Shown here in pieces: positions 35,477 to 44,520 of a stretch of 64,000 bases of DNA (positions are counted from its first letter, which is position 1; each line of letters begins with the position of its first letter). Below the pieces are notes generated by a model. That model ran no database searches and had not been told where the DNA came from. It was given only the letters and a program-made list of their open reading frames with translations. Source of the stretch: an uncultured Thermoleophilia bacterium. Lineage in GTDB: Bacteria; Actinomycetota; Thermoleophilia; Gaiellales; Gaiellaceae. The translations under genes and the position numbers were made by a program. The stretch lies in NCBI GenBank assembly GCA_963703445.1, contig CAVPEK010000002.1, positions 185,154 through 249,153 of the forward strand, read 5' to 3'.

Positions 35477-36229
35477 TCAGACCGCTCGAACTTCGGCGAG
35501 CCGCCTGACTGCGAAATTGTCGGCGCCGCTAGGGTCCCAGCAGGCAGCGGCTTCCCATGCGGCCCATGCCTGCGCGGCAGCGTCGTGCGTGTCGTCGTCG
35601 AGTCCCGCGGCGTTGTGTGGCAAGACCAGGTCGAGGTCGGGGACGTCGACGTGCGTCTCGTCCCAGTCGATCAGCGCGACCCGATCCGCGGTCATGCGGA
35701 TGTTGCCAGGGTTGGGGTCGCCGTGAACGACGCACCGCTCTCGTCCGGCGAGCCGCGCCCACGCTGCTCGGCATCGAACGACGGCCTCAGACGGCATTGC
35801 GCCGAGGTCGATCCTCGTCCCGGTTTCCGCGTGCAGAAGGTCGCTCGACGATCGCCAGCCTGGACGTTGGGGCCAGCTACGCGTCAGTCGGTGCAGCTCG
35901 CGGAATGTGTCGGCAACGCGACGCCAGTCAGCCTCCGTTTCGGGCGGTCCGCCTTCCACGTGGCTCATCACGACCAAGCCGCCGGCGAAGTACCGGCCGT
36001 CGGTGGTCGGGATCGGCGTCGGCACCGTCATCCCTTCACGGTCGAGGTGTCGCAACAGCTCGGTCTCCCACGTGAGGTCGGCGTCGCTGCGGTTGCCGAG
36101 CCGACCGACGGCGAGTTGACCGTCGACGCGCACGCTCCAAACCTCGTTGACGCCAACTCCGCCTGTCAGCGGTTCGATACGGGCGGCGTCGTCACCCCAC
36201 TGATCGAGTGCCTCCCATCCCACGCCCAT
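35477..36229 (-). CDS. Phosphotransferase (APH/choline-kinase fold)
   Basis: It has the catalytic loop VVHGDPNPGNIRM and the metal-binding segment LIDWDETHV. Confidence 0.75.
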   Translation of the reverse strand: MGVGWEALDQWGDDAARIEPLTGGVGVNEVWSVRVDGQLAVGRLGNRSDADLTWETELLRHLDREGMTVPTPIPTTDGRYFAGGLVVMSHVEGGPPETEADWRRVADTFRELHRLTRSWPQRPGWRSSSDLLHAETGTRIDLGAMPSEAVVRCRAAWARLAGRERCVVHGDPNPGNIRMTADRVALIDWDETHVDVPDLDLVLPHNAAGLDDDTHDAAAQAWAAWEAAACWDPSGADNFAVRRLAEVRAV

Positions 36230-36345
36230 ATCTTCGCGGAGGTCATGAACCGTTGGGGGGCTGCTCCAGCGACTGCTGCCGATTCCCGAACCGGCTGTAG
36301 AGGTTCGGCCACCGTTACATCAGGAACAGCGGCCTGCGCAAGAGT

Positions 36346-36609
36346 TCAGGGACGCCTGAGCCCACCGTCCAGGACGAGACGGCGAACAACAGCGACGACT
36401 CCCCGGCCGACAGCATCAAGCGTGACCACGCCGATCAACAAGAGTGCGAGCACCACGAGGGGCGCGCCACCCTCCCGGGCGCCGTGAGCGCGTGCGAACG
36501 CAATTCCCGCAACGCCGACCAGAAGCGCAACGGTGAAGAACACTCGGCCGGGCTGGGAAAGCCGAAGCCGGTGACCAAGCCAGCTCCAATAACTTCGGAG
36601 TCTCGCCAC
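36346..36609 (-). CDS. Small membrane protein (87 aa, two TM segments)
   Basis: The hydrophobic segments are VFFTVALLVGVAGIAF and PLVVLALLLIGVVTL. It lies immediately downstream of the ECF sigma gene. Confidence 0.45.
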   Translation of the reverse strand: MARLRSYWSWLGHRLRLSQPGRVFFTVALLVGVAGIAFARAHGAREGGAPLVVLALLLIGVVTLDAVGRGVVAVVRRLVLDGGLRRP

Positions 36610-36655
36610 GCGTGAAGTCTAGGTCAGAGGAACGCGCGGCACCTGCGCGTGTCGG

Positions 36656-37615
36656 CTAGATGTGGTCGGGAAGACCGAAGCGCGCGGGCAACGCGGGGTC
36701 GGCGAAGAAGGTGATCTCGTCGACTTTGCTGCCGCTCAAGGTGAGCACCATCATGCCCCAGGGCTGCGAGCGCAGGTAGCAGCCGAAGGCCGGCTGGCCG
36801 TTGGCGCGGGTCGGGCGCACCTGTAGCGGGGCGCCGCGGACCTCGGCGCCGTGGTCGAGGTACACGGCGATCGCTTCGTGTCCGATCAGCTCGCCCGGTT
36901 GCGGCGGCATGGTCACACGAGCGTCGGAGCTCAGCAGAGTGAGGAGGCGCGCCGTGTCGCCGGCTTCGACGGCGTCGCTGAAGGTGGCGAGAAGGTTCCG
37001 TTCGGTCGGCGAGTCGGGAAGTGGCGCCTGCTCGCGTTCGAGGGTGTACGAGTCGAGCGTTGCGCGTGCGCGTTGGAGCGAAGCCTTGACCGACTGCGGG
37101 GTCGTCTCGAGGATCGAGGCGGCTTCGCCGGTGTGGAAGCCGAGCACGTCGCGCAGCACGAGCGCTGAGCGCTGCTTCGCAGGCAGCTGCTGCAACGCGA
37201 CGATGAACGAGAGCTGGATCGCTTCGCGCTGCTCGTAGCATGCTTCAGGTCCGGGAGCGGGGTCCGGAAGCACGCTGTCCGGGTAAGGCTCGAGCCAGCT
37301 GGGCTCGACCGCGCGGCGGGTTCTGGACGGTCTCATGGTGTTCTCCCTGGCGGGGCGGCGCCCGCGTTCGCGAATTGCGTTGAGACTCCGGTTGGTTGCG
37401 ATCCGGTAGAGCCAGGAGCGCAGCGACGCCCGCTCCTCGAAGCCGTTGAGCCCGCGCCAGGCAGCGAGCAGTGTTTCCTGGACGAGATCCTCAGCGTCCT
37501 GCACGGAGCCGAGTAACCGGTAGCAATGCAGCTGAAGCTCGAGCCGGAACGGCTCGACCAGCGACGCGAACGCGCGCTCGTCGCCTTCCTTGGCCCGCTC
37601 GAGATCGACGGTCAT
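36656..37615 (-). CDS. ECF RNA polymerase sigma factor with a C-terminal SnoaL/NTF2-like extension
   Basis: The ATG at 37615 starts MTVDLERAKEGD. Sigma region 2 is DAEDLVQETLLAAWRGL...WLYRIATNRSLN and region 4 is LPAKQRSALVLRDVLGFHTGEAASILETTPQSVKASLQRAR. A C-terminal domain of about 120 aa follows. Confidence 0.85.
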   Translation of the reverse strand: MTVDLERAKEGDERAFASLVEPFRLELQLHCYRLLGSVQDAEDLVQETLLAAWRGLNGFEERASLRSWLYRIATNRSLNAIRERGRRPARENTMRPSRTRRAVEPSWLEPYPDSVLPDPAPGPEACYEQREAIQLSFIVALQQLPAKQRSALVLRDVLGFHTGEAASILETTPQSVKASLQRARATLDSYTLEREQAPLPDSPTERNLLATFSDAVEAGDTARLLTLLSSDARVTMPPQPGELIGHEAIAVYLDHGAEVRGAPLQVRPTRANGQPAFGCYLRSQPWGMMVLTLSGSKVDEITFFADPALPARFGLPDHI

Positions 37616-37727
37616 CGCATCAATGACACCAGGTCCGTCGGAAACGGACCGGCGGTCCGTTTCGGGCCATCGCGGTGTCTTCGTCCGCACAACCGCGAAT
37701 CGGAGCTGAGCTGATGCAGAAGCAACG

Positions 37728-39032
37728 TTGGGTGGCCGCAAAGTGAGCAGCGCGCTCGCACGGGTGTTCGCCGTTTGGCGTACGGGCCTACCGAGGCCTG
37801 TCCTCGTTCTTCAGGGCGGGAACGCGCTCAACTACTTCGGCACCGGACTGATCCTTCCCTTCGAGATCATCTACCTCCACGCGGTCCGCGGCTTCTCGAC
37901 GGCGACCGCGGGGCTGGTGCTGGCGACGGTCATGGGCACGGCCGCAGTGGTGACGCTCCCTTCGGGCGCGCTCCTCGATCGTTTCAGTGCGAAACGGATC
38001 CTGATCGCGGGCAATGTGTTGAACGCACTCGGCTTCGGGGGCTTGGCGTTTGTCGACCGTCCTTGGCAAGGCTTCGCGTGCTCGGCCGTCGGCGGAGCCG
38101 GCTTCGGATTGGTGGGAACCGCCGGCCAAGTCCTGACCTTGACCCTGGTCCCGGCGGAGCAGCGCGCCGCATCGACCGCGCTCCGACGAGTCGCCGGCAA
38201 CTTCGGTCTCGGCCTCGGCGCGACGGTTGCGGGCTTCATCGTCGCGGCCACCCATCATCACCTCCAGGCGTTCCAGAGCCTCTACCTCTTCGACGCAGTC
38301 ACGTTCGTCGTCTTCGCGCTGGTTGTGCTCGTCTGGATCCCGGATCCTGGCCTCGCGGATGCCCCGTCGGCGAGCGAGGGCGCACGGGGTTTCCGTGCTG
38401 TTGCTCGGGATCGGCTCTTGCTCGCCCTGATCGCGGGCAACCTCGTGCTTGTGATGATCGGCGGCGCGTTCTTCTCGTACATCCTCCCGCCGTTTGCGGC
38501 GGCGCATACACCTGTCGGGCCCGTTGGGATCGGTGTCGTCGTCTTCATCAACACCTTCTTCATCGTCGTAGCGCAGGTACCGGCGACGCGGGTGGTAGCG
38601 CGGATGCGCCGCACTCACGCTTTGTTCGCCACCAGCGCGATATTCGCAGTCGGCCTGCTCGCGGTCCTGCTCGCAACGCACACGCACTCGACGCTCGCCG
38701 CTACCACCGTCTTGGCCGGGGTGGCGATCGTGATCGCGGTCGCTGAGTGTGGCCAGTTCATCGTGCTCGGCCCGCTCGTCGCGGAAATCGCGCCGCCGCA
38801 TCTGCTCGGCCGCTACATGTCGCTCTACCAGCTCAGCTTCATGGTCGGCGTGGCTCTCGGCCCAGCGGTCGGCGGCGTGCTGCTCGGAACGTCACCCGAC
38901 GCCATTTGGTGGGGTGGCGCCTTCGCGCTGGCACTGACCGGAGCCGGCTTCCTTCGACTCGGAAACCGGGTACCCGACCCCCTCTTGCCGACGAAATCCC
39001 CGCCGCTGCAGGCCGCGTCAGAGGCGACCTGA
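37728..39032 (+). CDS. MFS transporter
   Basis: It has about 12 predicted TM helices, and the MFS loop motif-like segment LLDRFSAKRILIAG lies between TM2 and TM3. Confidence 0.8.
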   Translation: MGGRKVSSALARVFAVWRTGLPRPVLVLQGGNALNYFGTGLILPFEIIYLHAVRGFSTATAGLVLATVMGTAAVVTLPSGALLDRFSAKRILIAGNVLNALGFGGLAFVDRPWQGFACSAVGGAGFGLVGTAGQVLTLTLVPAEQRAASTALRRVAGNFGLGLGATVAGFIVAATHHHLQAFQSLYLFDAVTFVVFALVVLVWIPDPGLADAPSASEGARGFRAVARDRLLLALIAGNLVLVMIGGAFFSYILPPFAAAHTPVGPVGIGVVVFINTFFIVVAQVPATRVVARMRRTHALFATSAIFAVGLLAVLLATHTHSTLAATTVLAGVAIVIAVAECGQFIVLGPLVAEIAPPHLLGRYMSLYQLSFMVGVALGPAVGGVLLGTSPDAIWWGGAFALALTGAGFLRLGNRVPDPLLPTKSPPLQAASEAT

Positions 39033-39103
39033 TGCGTCGAGGGATGGCGGGGGCGGGGACGCGTGGGTTGAGCCAGTGTTCCGGAATGCCCCCGAGACGA
39101 GAC

Positions 39104-39400
39104 CTACGAGAGACTTCCCAACGCCGCAGCGATAGACAGAAGAACGAAGATCGAAAGGAGACCGCCGATACCCGCGATGACGAGCATCAGCGCGGCGGCC
39201 CCGAGGCTCAGTCGCGCAAGCGTGCTCGTGACGGCCGCCAGGACCGGCGGTATCCCGACACAGAAGAGGACAAGCGGCCACGCGGTGTTGCTTTCGTGAG
39301 AGAGCTGGGCCTGGTTGACGAGGAGCAGAGCACGCCAACCACCGGGTAGATCGTCAAAGCGCAGCCGTATAGGGCGATTCGTCCCACGTCGTTCGAAGCC
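39104..39400 (-). pseudogene. Possible small 3-TM membrane protein, apparently frame-disrupted
   Basis: One frame gives GRIALYGCALTIYPVVGV. A second frame continues LLLVNQAQLSHESNTAWPLVLFCVGIPPVLAAVTSTLARLSLGAAALMLVIAGIGGLLSIFVLLSIAAALGSLS-stop (39104). The second frame has no in-frame start codon. Confidence 0.25.
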
Positions 39401-39643
39401 TGAGTCTCGATCGGGAGCTTGTCCAGATCAGTCGTCGATGAGCGGTCGTGTTCAATCGGTCGGCGGTACGGTGGCCTGGGCCAGTGCTCGGGAATGACCC
39501 CTGAGGAAGCAGGCGTGCGGTTCGAAGCATCGGTGCCTGGTACCTGACTTGCGACGCTCCCGAACGCCGGCCTGCGCCGGTTTCCGTCACATGAGGCGCT
39601 GCGGGTGGTTGATTGGCTGTTTCTGCGGTGACAGAGTCTCGGT

Positions 39644-40441
39644 GTGGTTGGACGTGGAGGCCTGTGGCTGTGCCTGGTTGCGGTCGTGGGGATGCTGGCG
39701 GCCTCGGCTTTCAGCGCGGACTCGACCAACGCCGGCGTAGCCGCCGGCCGGACGTGGCATGTGGTGGTGTTGGGGGACTCCGGAGCCAGTGGCAGTGGTG
39801 ACCCCACGCGCCTTGCTTGGGGCGGCCGCTACGGAAAACTGCTTCGCCGCAAGCTTGGCGTCAGGGTCGTCGTAACGAACCTCGCACGAGAGGGGAAATC
39901 GAGTAGCGACCAACTCGAGGAGGTGCATTCGGACTCGGCAACGCGCGCGGCCCTGGAGAACGCCGACGTCATCCTGTTCGGCAGCACAGCCGGAGCCGCA
40001 TTGAACGCTGCCGATGAGAGACTCCAGGCGAAGCAGTGTCAGGGCGAGACCTGTTACGCGGCGGCGTTACGTGGCTGGAGCCGCGACTATGAGCGGATCG
40101 TCGTTGCCGCCGCCGCGCTGCGGGGCACCAAGAAGACCGTACTCCGCGGCGTGACCGAGCCGAACGTTGTGCCCGGAGCACGCGACGTGGTGCCTCCGTT
40201 CGCGACGGTCAAGCTAGGCCTTTACCAAGCCAAGCTGATCAAGCAGGCGGTGTGCGCAACGATGACGGCGCACCGTGGGCGCTGCATCGACGTGCTAACC
40301 GCGTTCAACGGCACTGGCGGAACGAACGATGCTTACAAGAGCGGCCTGATGAACAAGATCGAGTGCTGCTACCCGAGCGGCAAGGGACAACAACTCATCG
40401 CGCAACTTCTGTTGAAGACAGGCCTCTCACCGCTGCGATAA
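39644..40441 (+). CDS. Secreted SGNH/GDSL-family hydrolase
   Basis: It has a signal peptide (LWLCLVAVVGMLAASAFSA) and block I VVVLGDSGASG (GDS motif). The GC content is locally lower. Confidence 0.75.
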   Translation: MVGRGGLWLCLVAVVGMLAASAFSADSTNAGVAAGRTWHVVVLGDSGASGSGDPTRLAWGGRYGKLLRRKLGVRVVVTNLAREGKSSSDQLEEVHSDSATRAALENADVILFGSTAGAALNAADERLQAKQCQGETCYAAALRGWSRDYERIVVAAAALRGTKKTVLRGVTEPNVVPGARDVVPPFATVKLGLYQAKLIKQAVCATMTAHRGRCIDVLTAFNGTGGTNDAYKSGLMNKIECCYPSGKGQQLIAQLLLKTGLSPLR

Positions 40442-40551
40442 ACCGGACGTCTGGCTTGGGCCAGCGCCTCTCATCTGACCTGCAGCCGCAAGGGGATGTT
40501 CCTTTTGTGGCTCTCTCGACGTTCGGGAATCGTCTCCGCGCTTTGCCGCGA

Positions 40552-41205
40552 TCAACGGAGGATGTTGACAGCACGAGCGGCGACGAGCAGCAGGGTCAGG
40601 ATCGAGATCACCGACTCCAGCATCATCAACATCTTCGCCCAGCGGGTGAGCGGCATCGTGTCGGTCGGGCTGAACGCGCTCGAGTTCGTGAACGACAGGT
40701 ACAGGTAGTCGGCGAAGCGCGGATGCCACCCGGCCGCGGACACTTCGGGATCCGTCATCTGCACGAAGGCGAAATCGCGGGGCTGCTTTGGATTTGCGAG
40801 GCGTCGTGGTGGGCCGCCGCCGTCGAGCTCCCAGAACCACAGCGCGAACACGATGACGTTGGTGACCCAGATCGCGAACGCCCCGTACAGGAGCGTCCGG
40901 CCGTGTACCCCCGAGCCGTAGAGCAGCTCGTGAACGAGAAACACGAGTGCGAGCGCGTTGGCGATGCTGATCATCGCGGTGAGAGCCATCGCTGCCTTCC
41001 GGCGCGCACCGGACTCGTTGACGTGGCGATGCGGCGCTGTGACGGCGAGCGGGATGAGGACCGCGAGCTCGAGCGCCGGGATGACGAACCGAACCCAGGG
41101 TGGCCCGGGCACGAGAGCGTCCGGCAGCGTGACGAAGAGCACGGCCGCCGCGACGACGGCGACCGCGGCGGGCCAGCGCGGCTCGAACGGAGGGGTCTCC
41201 GTCAT
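40552..41205 (-). CDS. DUF1345-type integral membrane protein
   Basis: The ATG at 41205 (MTETPPFEPRWP) overlaps the addA stop (ATGA). It has several TM helices and the C-terminal segment YLSFTNSSAFSPTD, as in DUF1345 proteins. Confidence 0.65.
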   Translation of the reverse strand: MTETPPFEPRWPAAVAVVAAAVLFVTLPDALVPGPPWVRFVIPALELAVLIPLAVTAPHRHVNESGARRKAAMALTAMISIANALALVFLVHELLYGSGVHGRTLLYGAFAIWVTNVIVFALWFWELDGGGPPRRLANPKQPRDFAFVQMTDPEVSAAGWHPRFADYLYLSFTNSSAFSPTDTMPLTRWAKMLMMLESVISILTLLLVAARAVNILR

Positions 41206-44200
41206 GCGGCCGCGACCAGCCGCCCCGGCGGCTGGCGCAGATTCGGCCCGGCACACACGAGGTCGAGAGCCGGGCACCCGGCGCATGTGAAGTCGCTCGG
41301 AGTCGGGACGAACTCGCCGGCATCGATCCGGCGGATCGCGGCCGAGAGCTCTGCTTCGAGAGCGGGCAACTCGATCCGGTCGAAGGTGGTGGAGACGACT
41401 GCGTCGGGGCGTTCGAGGAAGTGGTAGACGACCTCGACCTCGTCGGCGCCCGCCCGGAAGCACGCGAGCGCATAGACCAGGCGCTGCAGCCGGTAGTCGG
41501 CCTCGACGATCTCCTCGGGCGTTCCTTCGGCCAGGGTGTTCGTCTTGTAGTCGAGGACGAGCGCCTTCGGCCCAGAGCGCCAGAGCACGTCGAGCCGCCC
41601 GTGGAGCAGCACGCCGTCGTGCTCGAACGCGAACGGCCGCTCGGGCGCCGCGCCCTCGAGCGTCGCGATCCGCGCTGCGAGGTCCGATTCGCAATAGGCC
41701 GCGACGAAGCGGTCGATGCGGGCCAGCTCGTCGTCCGTGACGCCGGGGTACCACGCCCGGACGATCTCGCTGTCGGGGACCGCCGGAGCCCGAAGATCGA
41801 CCACCTCCAGCAGGCGATGTACCGCGTCGCCCGTCTCGGTTGCCTTCAGGCCATGCGAGCCCGCCATCGTCCCGCGCTCTTCGCGCAAGCCTGCAATCCG
41901 CTCGGTGTAATAGCGATAGGAACAGCGCTCGAAGAGCGCGAGCGCCGAGTACGACAGTCTCCGGACCCGGTGGAGCGGCGGTGCCGGAAGCGGCGGGAGG
42001 TCCGGCAGCCTGTACCCGCGAGGGGCGGGAGCAGTCGGCAGTTCGGCAAACAGCGCCAGCTGGCCCTCGCTCTCCACGGCGAGTTCCTCCGGCTCGACGG
42101 CGGGCCGAGGTGCCCACCGGTCGACGGCGAGCACGAACCGTGCCTCACCTCGCTGCAGCTCGCCGCTCTCGAGCTCGCCGTCGAGCCCGAGTCGCGCAAG
42201 CACCCAGCCGATCGGCGTGTCCCGGTCCTGCTGGCGGTCGGGATCGATCGCGCCGGAGACGATCAGCCGGTCGATCGCACGCGTCATTGCGACGTAGTAG
42301 AGACGCAGCCGCTCGGCCGTGTCCTCCCGCTTCTCCGCCTCGCGCACCTCCTCGTAGCTGAAGACCCCGCGCTTCTTGCCTGACTTGGGATCGATCACGC
42401 GGAAGCCGAACGTCCCGTCCGGACGGACGAGGATCTCGTCGGACGACTGGACTCCGCCGGTGTCGCGGCCTGCATCGGCGACGATCACGACCTTGAACTC
42501 GAGCCCCTTCGCCGCGTGGATCGTCAGCAGGCGCACAGCGTCTGCGCCTTCTTCTTCGGAGACGGCCTCGAGCTGTGAGGCTCCGACGGCCTGCTGGTCG
42601 CGGATGAAGCCGACGAAGCCTTCGATGTCCGGGCCGCGCAGGTCCTCGTAGGAGCGCGCGAGCCGCATCAGCTTGCGCAGGTTCGCGTAGCGGCGTCGCC
42701 CGTCCCACTGGGCGAGCACCGCCAGGTCGTAGTCGTGCGCAGAGACGATCTCCTCGCACAGACGCTCGAGCGACAACCGCATGGAGGCTGCGGCCAGCCG
42801 GTCGTAGCGCTGCTTGAAGGCGCGGACCAGGCGCTGGTCGTTCTCCGACAGCGGCTCGGGCAGTCCGCGCTCGACCCCGGTGAAGAGGGGACGTTTGCCG
42901 GCGTGCCTGCGAATGTGCACCAGGCCGTCGTTCGAGACGCCGACGAACGGCGATGCGAGCACCGTGACGAGCGCCTCGTCGTCGTAGCGGTTGTGCAGGA
43001 GGCGAAGATACGAGAGCAGATCGACGACCTGTTGCTGGCCGAAGTACCCGCGGCCGGTGGCCCGGTACGTCGGCAGGTCGCGCGCACGCAGCGCCGCCTC
43101 GTACCGCTCGGCGTCGGTGCCTGCAGCGAACAGCAGGACGATCTCGCCCGGCGACGCGACGCCGTTGTCGACGAGCTCGCGCACACGGCGCGCGATCGCC
43201 CGCGCCTCGCCGTCGCGCCAGCCCTCCCCCGCGTCCCGGTAGCTGCGCTTCTCGGTCACGAGCAGCTCCACCGGATGGCCGAACACCGGATCGGAGAACT
43301 CGCCCGACGCGGCGAGCGGCTGGTAGCCGTCACCGAACTCCTCGCTGAAGAGATGGTTGACGGCGGCGAGCACCTCGGGTCGCGACCGGTAGTTCCGTGA
43401 GAGCGGCAGGCGCAGGGCCGCTCGTTCCCGGCGCTCCCTGAAGACCGCGACGTCTGCGTGGCGGAAGCCGTAGATCGACTGGAACTCGTCGCCGACGAAG
43501 AAGACGTCGGGAGCACCTGGGCCTTCCCGGAGCAGGTCGACGATGTCGCACTGAAGGCGGTTCGTGTCCTGGAACTCGTCGACCATGATCGCGCGGAAGC
43601 GCAGTTGCTCCGCCTCGCGGACCTCCCCATGGTCTCGCAGCAGATCGCGGGCGTACAGCTGCAGGTCCTCGAAGTCCAGCGACGACTCTCTCGCCTTTGC
43701 CGCGGCGTACTCGGCCGCGAAGAGGTCGAGCAGCTCCTGCAGGAGCTCACTGTCGCGCGCGGCCAGCTCGTCGAAGGCCGCCTGGTTCAGCCGGTCGCGC
43801 GCTTGACGGAACTCGGCCGTGCGATCGCCGGTCGCCGCAAGATGGGAAAGGTCGAGCAGCTGCTCGGGGCTCGACCTGAGCACCAGAGCAGCGTTTGCCG
43901 CCGCAAGCTGCTTGTCGGTCACATCGGGGTCGGCTGCCAGCGCCTGTGCGGCGGCGTGCAGGTCGGCCAGGCGCTCGGGGATGTCCGCCTGCTCGCCGAG
44001 CTCGAGCTGCAGGTCGCGCCCCGCCGAGCGGAGCGTCTCGTAGACGCCGGTCAGCATGCGACGAAGCCCCTGGGCCCCGTAGGTCGCGAGCAGCCGCAGG
44101 CGCTCCGAGTCCCGGGTAGAGCAGAAGCCCGCGAGCGCTCGCTCGAACGCCTCGCCGCGGATCACGGCGCCGTGCTCGTCGTCGAGCTCGCGGAACCGCG

Positions 44201-44519
44201 GGTCGATCCCGACCGCAAACGGGTGCGCCCGCAGGAGCCGCGAGCAGAACCCGTGAATCGTCGAGATCCACGCCCCGTCGAGCTTTCGGGCCAGGTCGTG
44301 GCGGCCGCGCGCATGCAGTGCTGCCCTGATGCGCGCGCGCAGCTCGCCGGCCGCCTTGCGGGTGTACGTGATCACGAGCACCGATTCGACGTCGAGCCCC
44401 TGCTCGCACACGGCGCCGACGAAGCGCTCCACGAGAACCGAGGTCTTCCCCGTCCCGGCGCCGGCCGAGACGAAGACCTCACCCGTCGCGTCGACTGCTG
44501 CTCTCTGCTCCGGGTTCAT
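41202..44519 (-). CDS. addA: UvrD/PcrA-type helicase with a C-terminal PD-(D/E)XK nuclease (AddA/RecB-like subunit)
   Basis: The ATG at 44519 starts MNPEQRAAVDA. Walker A is GAGTGKT. The helicase motifs VDEFQDTN, NYRS and TIHAAKGLEF are present. The C-terminal nuclease segment is GRLDVLW...VLDYKT. Confidence 0.88.
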   Translation of the reverse strand: MNPEQRAAVDATGEVFVSAGAGTGKTSVLVERFVGAVCEQGLDVESVLVITYTRKAAGELRARIRAALHARGRHDLARKLDGAWISTIHGFCSRLLRAHPFAVGIDPRFRELDDEHGAVIRGEAFERALAGFCSTRDSERLRLLATYGAQGLRRMLTGVYETLRSAGRDLQLELGEQADIPERLADLHAAAQALAADPDVTDKQLAAANAALVLRSSPEQLLDLSHLAATGDRTAEFRQARDRLNQAAFDELAARDSELLQELLDLFAAEYAAAKARESSLDFEDLQLYARDLLRDHGEVREAEQLRFRAIMVDEFQDTNRLQCDIVDLLREGPGAPDVFFVGDEFQSIYGFRHADVAVFRERRERAALRLPLSRNYRSRPEVLAAVNHLFSEEFGDGYQPLAASGEFSDPVFGHPVELLVTEKRSYRDAGEGWRDGEARAIARRVRELVDNGVASPGEIVLLFAAGTDAERYEAALRARDLPTYRATGRGYFGQQQVVDLLSYLRLLHNRYDDEALVTVLASPFVGVSNDGLVHIRRHAGKRPLFTGVERGLPEPLSENDQRLVRAFKQRYDRLAAASMRLSLERLCEEIVSAHDYDLAVLAQWDGRRRYANLRKLMRLARSYEDLRGPDIEGFVGFIRDQQAVGASQLEAVSEEEGADAVRLLTIHAAKGLEFKVVIVADAGRDTGGVQSSDEILVRPDGTFGFRVIDPKSGKKRGVFSYEEVREAEKREDTAERLRLYYVAMTRAIDRLIVSGAIDPDRQQDRDTPIGWVLARLGLDGELESGELQRGEARFVLAVDRWAPRPAVEPEELAVESEGQLALFAELPTAPAPRGYRLPDLPPLPAPPLHRVRRLSYSALALFERCSYRYYTERIAGLREERGTMAGSHGLKATETGDAVHRLLEVVDLRAPAVPDSEIVRAWYPGVTDDELARIDRFVAAYCESDLAARIATLEGAAPERPFAFEHDGVLLHGRLDVLWRSGPKALVLDYKTNTLAEGTPEEIVEADYRLQRLVYALACFRAGADEVEVVYHFLERPDAVVSTTFDRIELPALEAELSAAIRRIDAGEFVPTPSDFTCAGCPALDLVCAGPNLRQPPGRLVAAA

Positions 44520-44520
44520 G

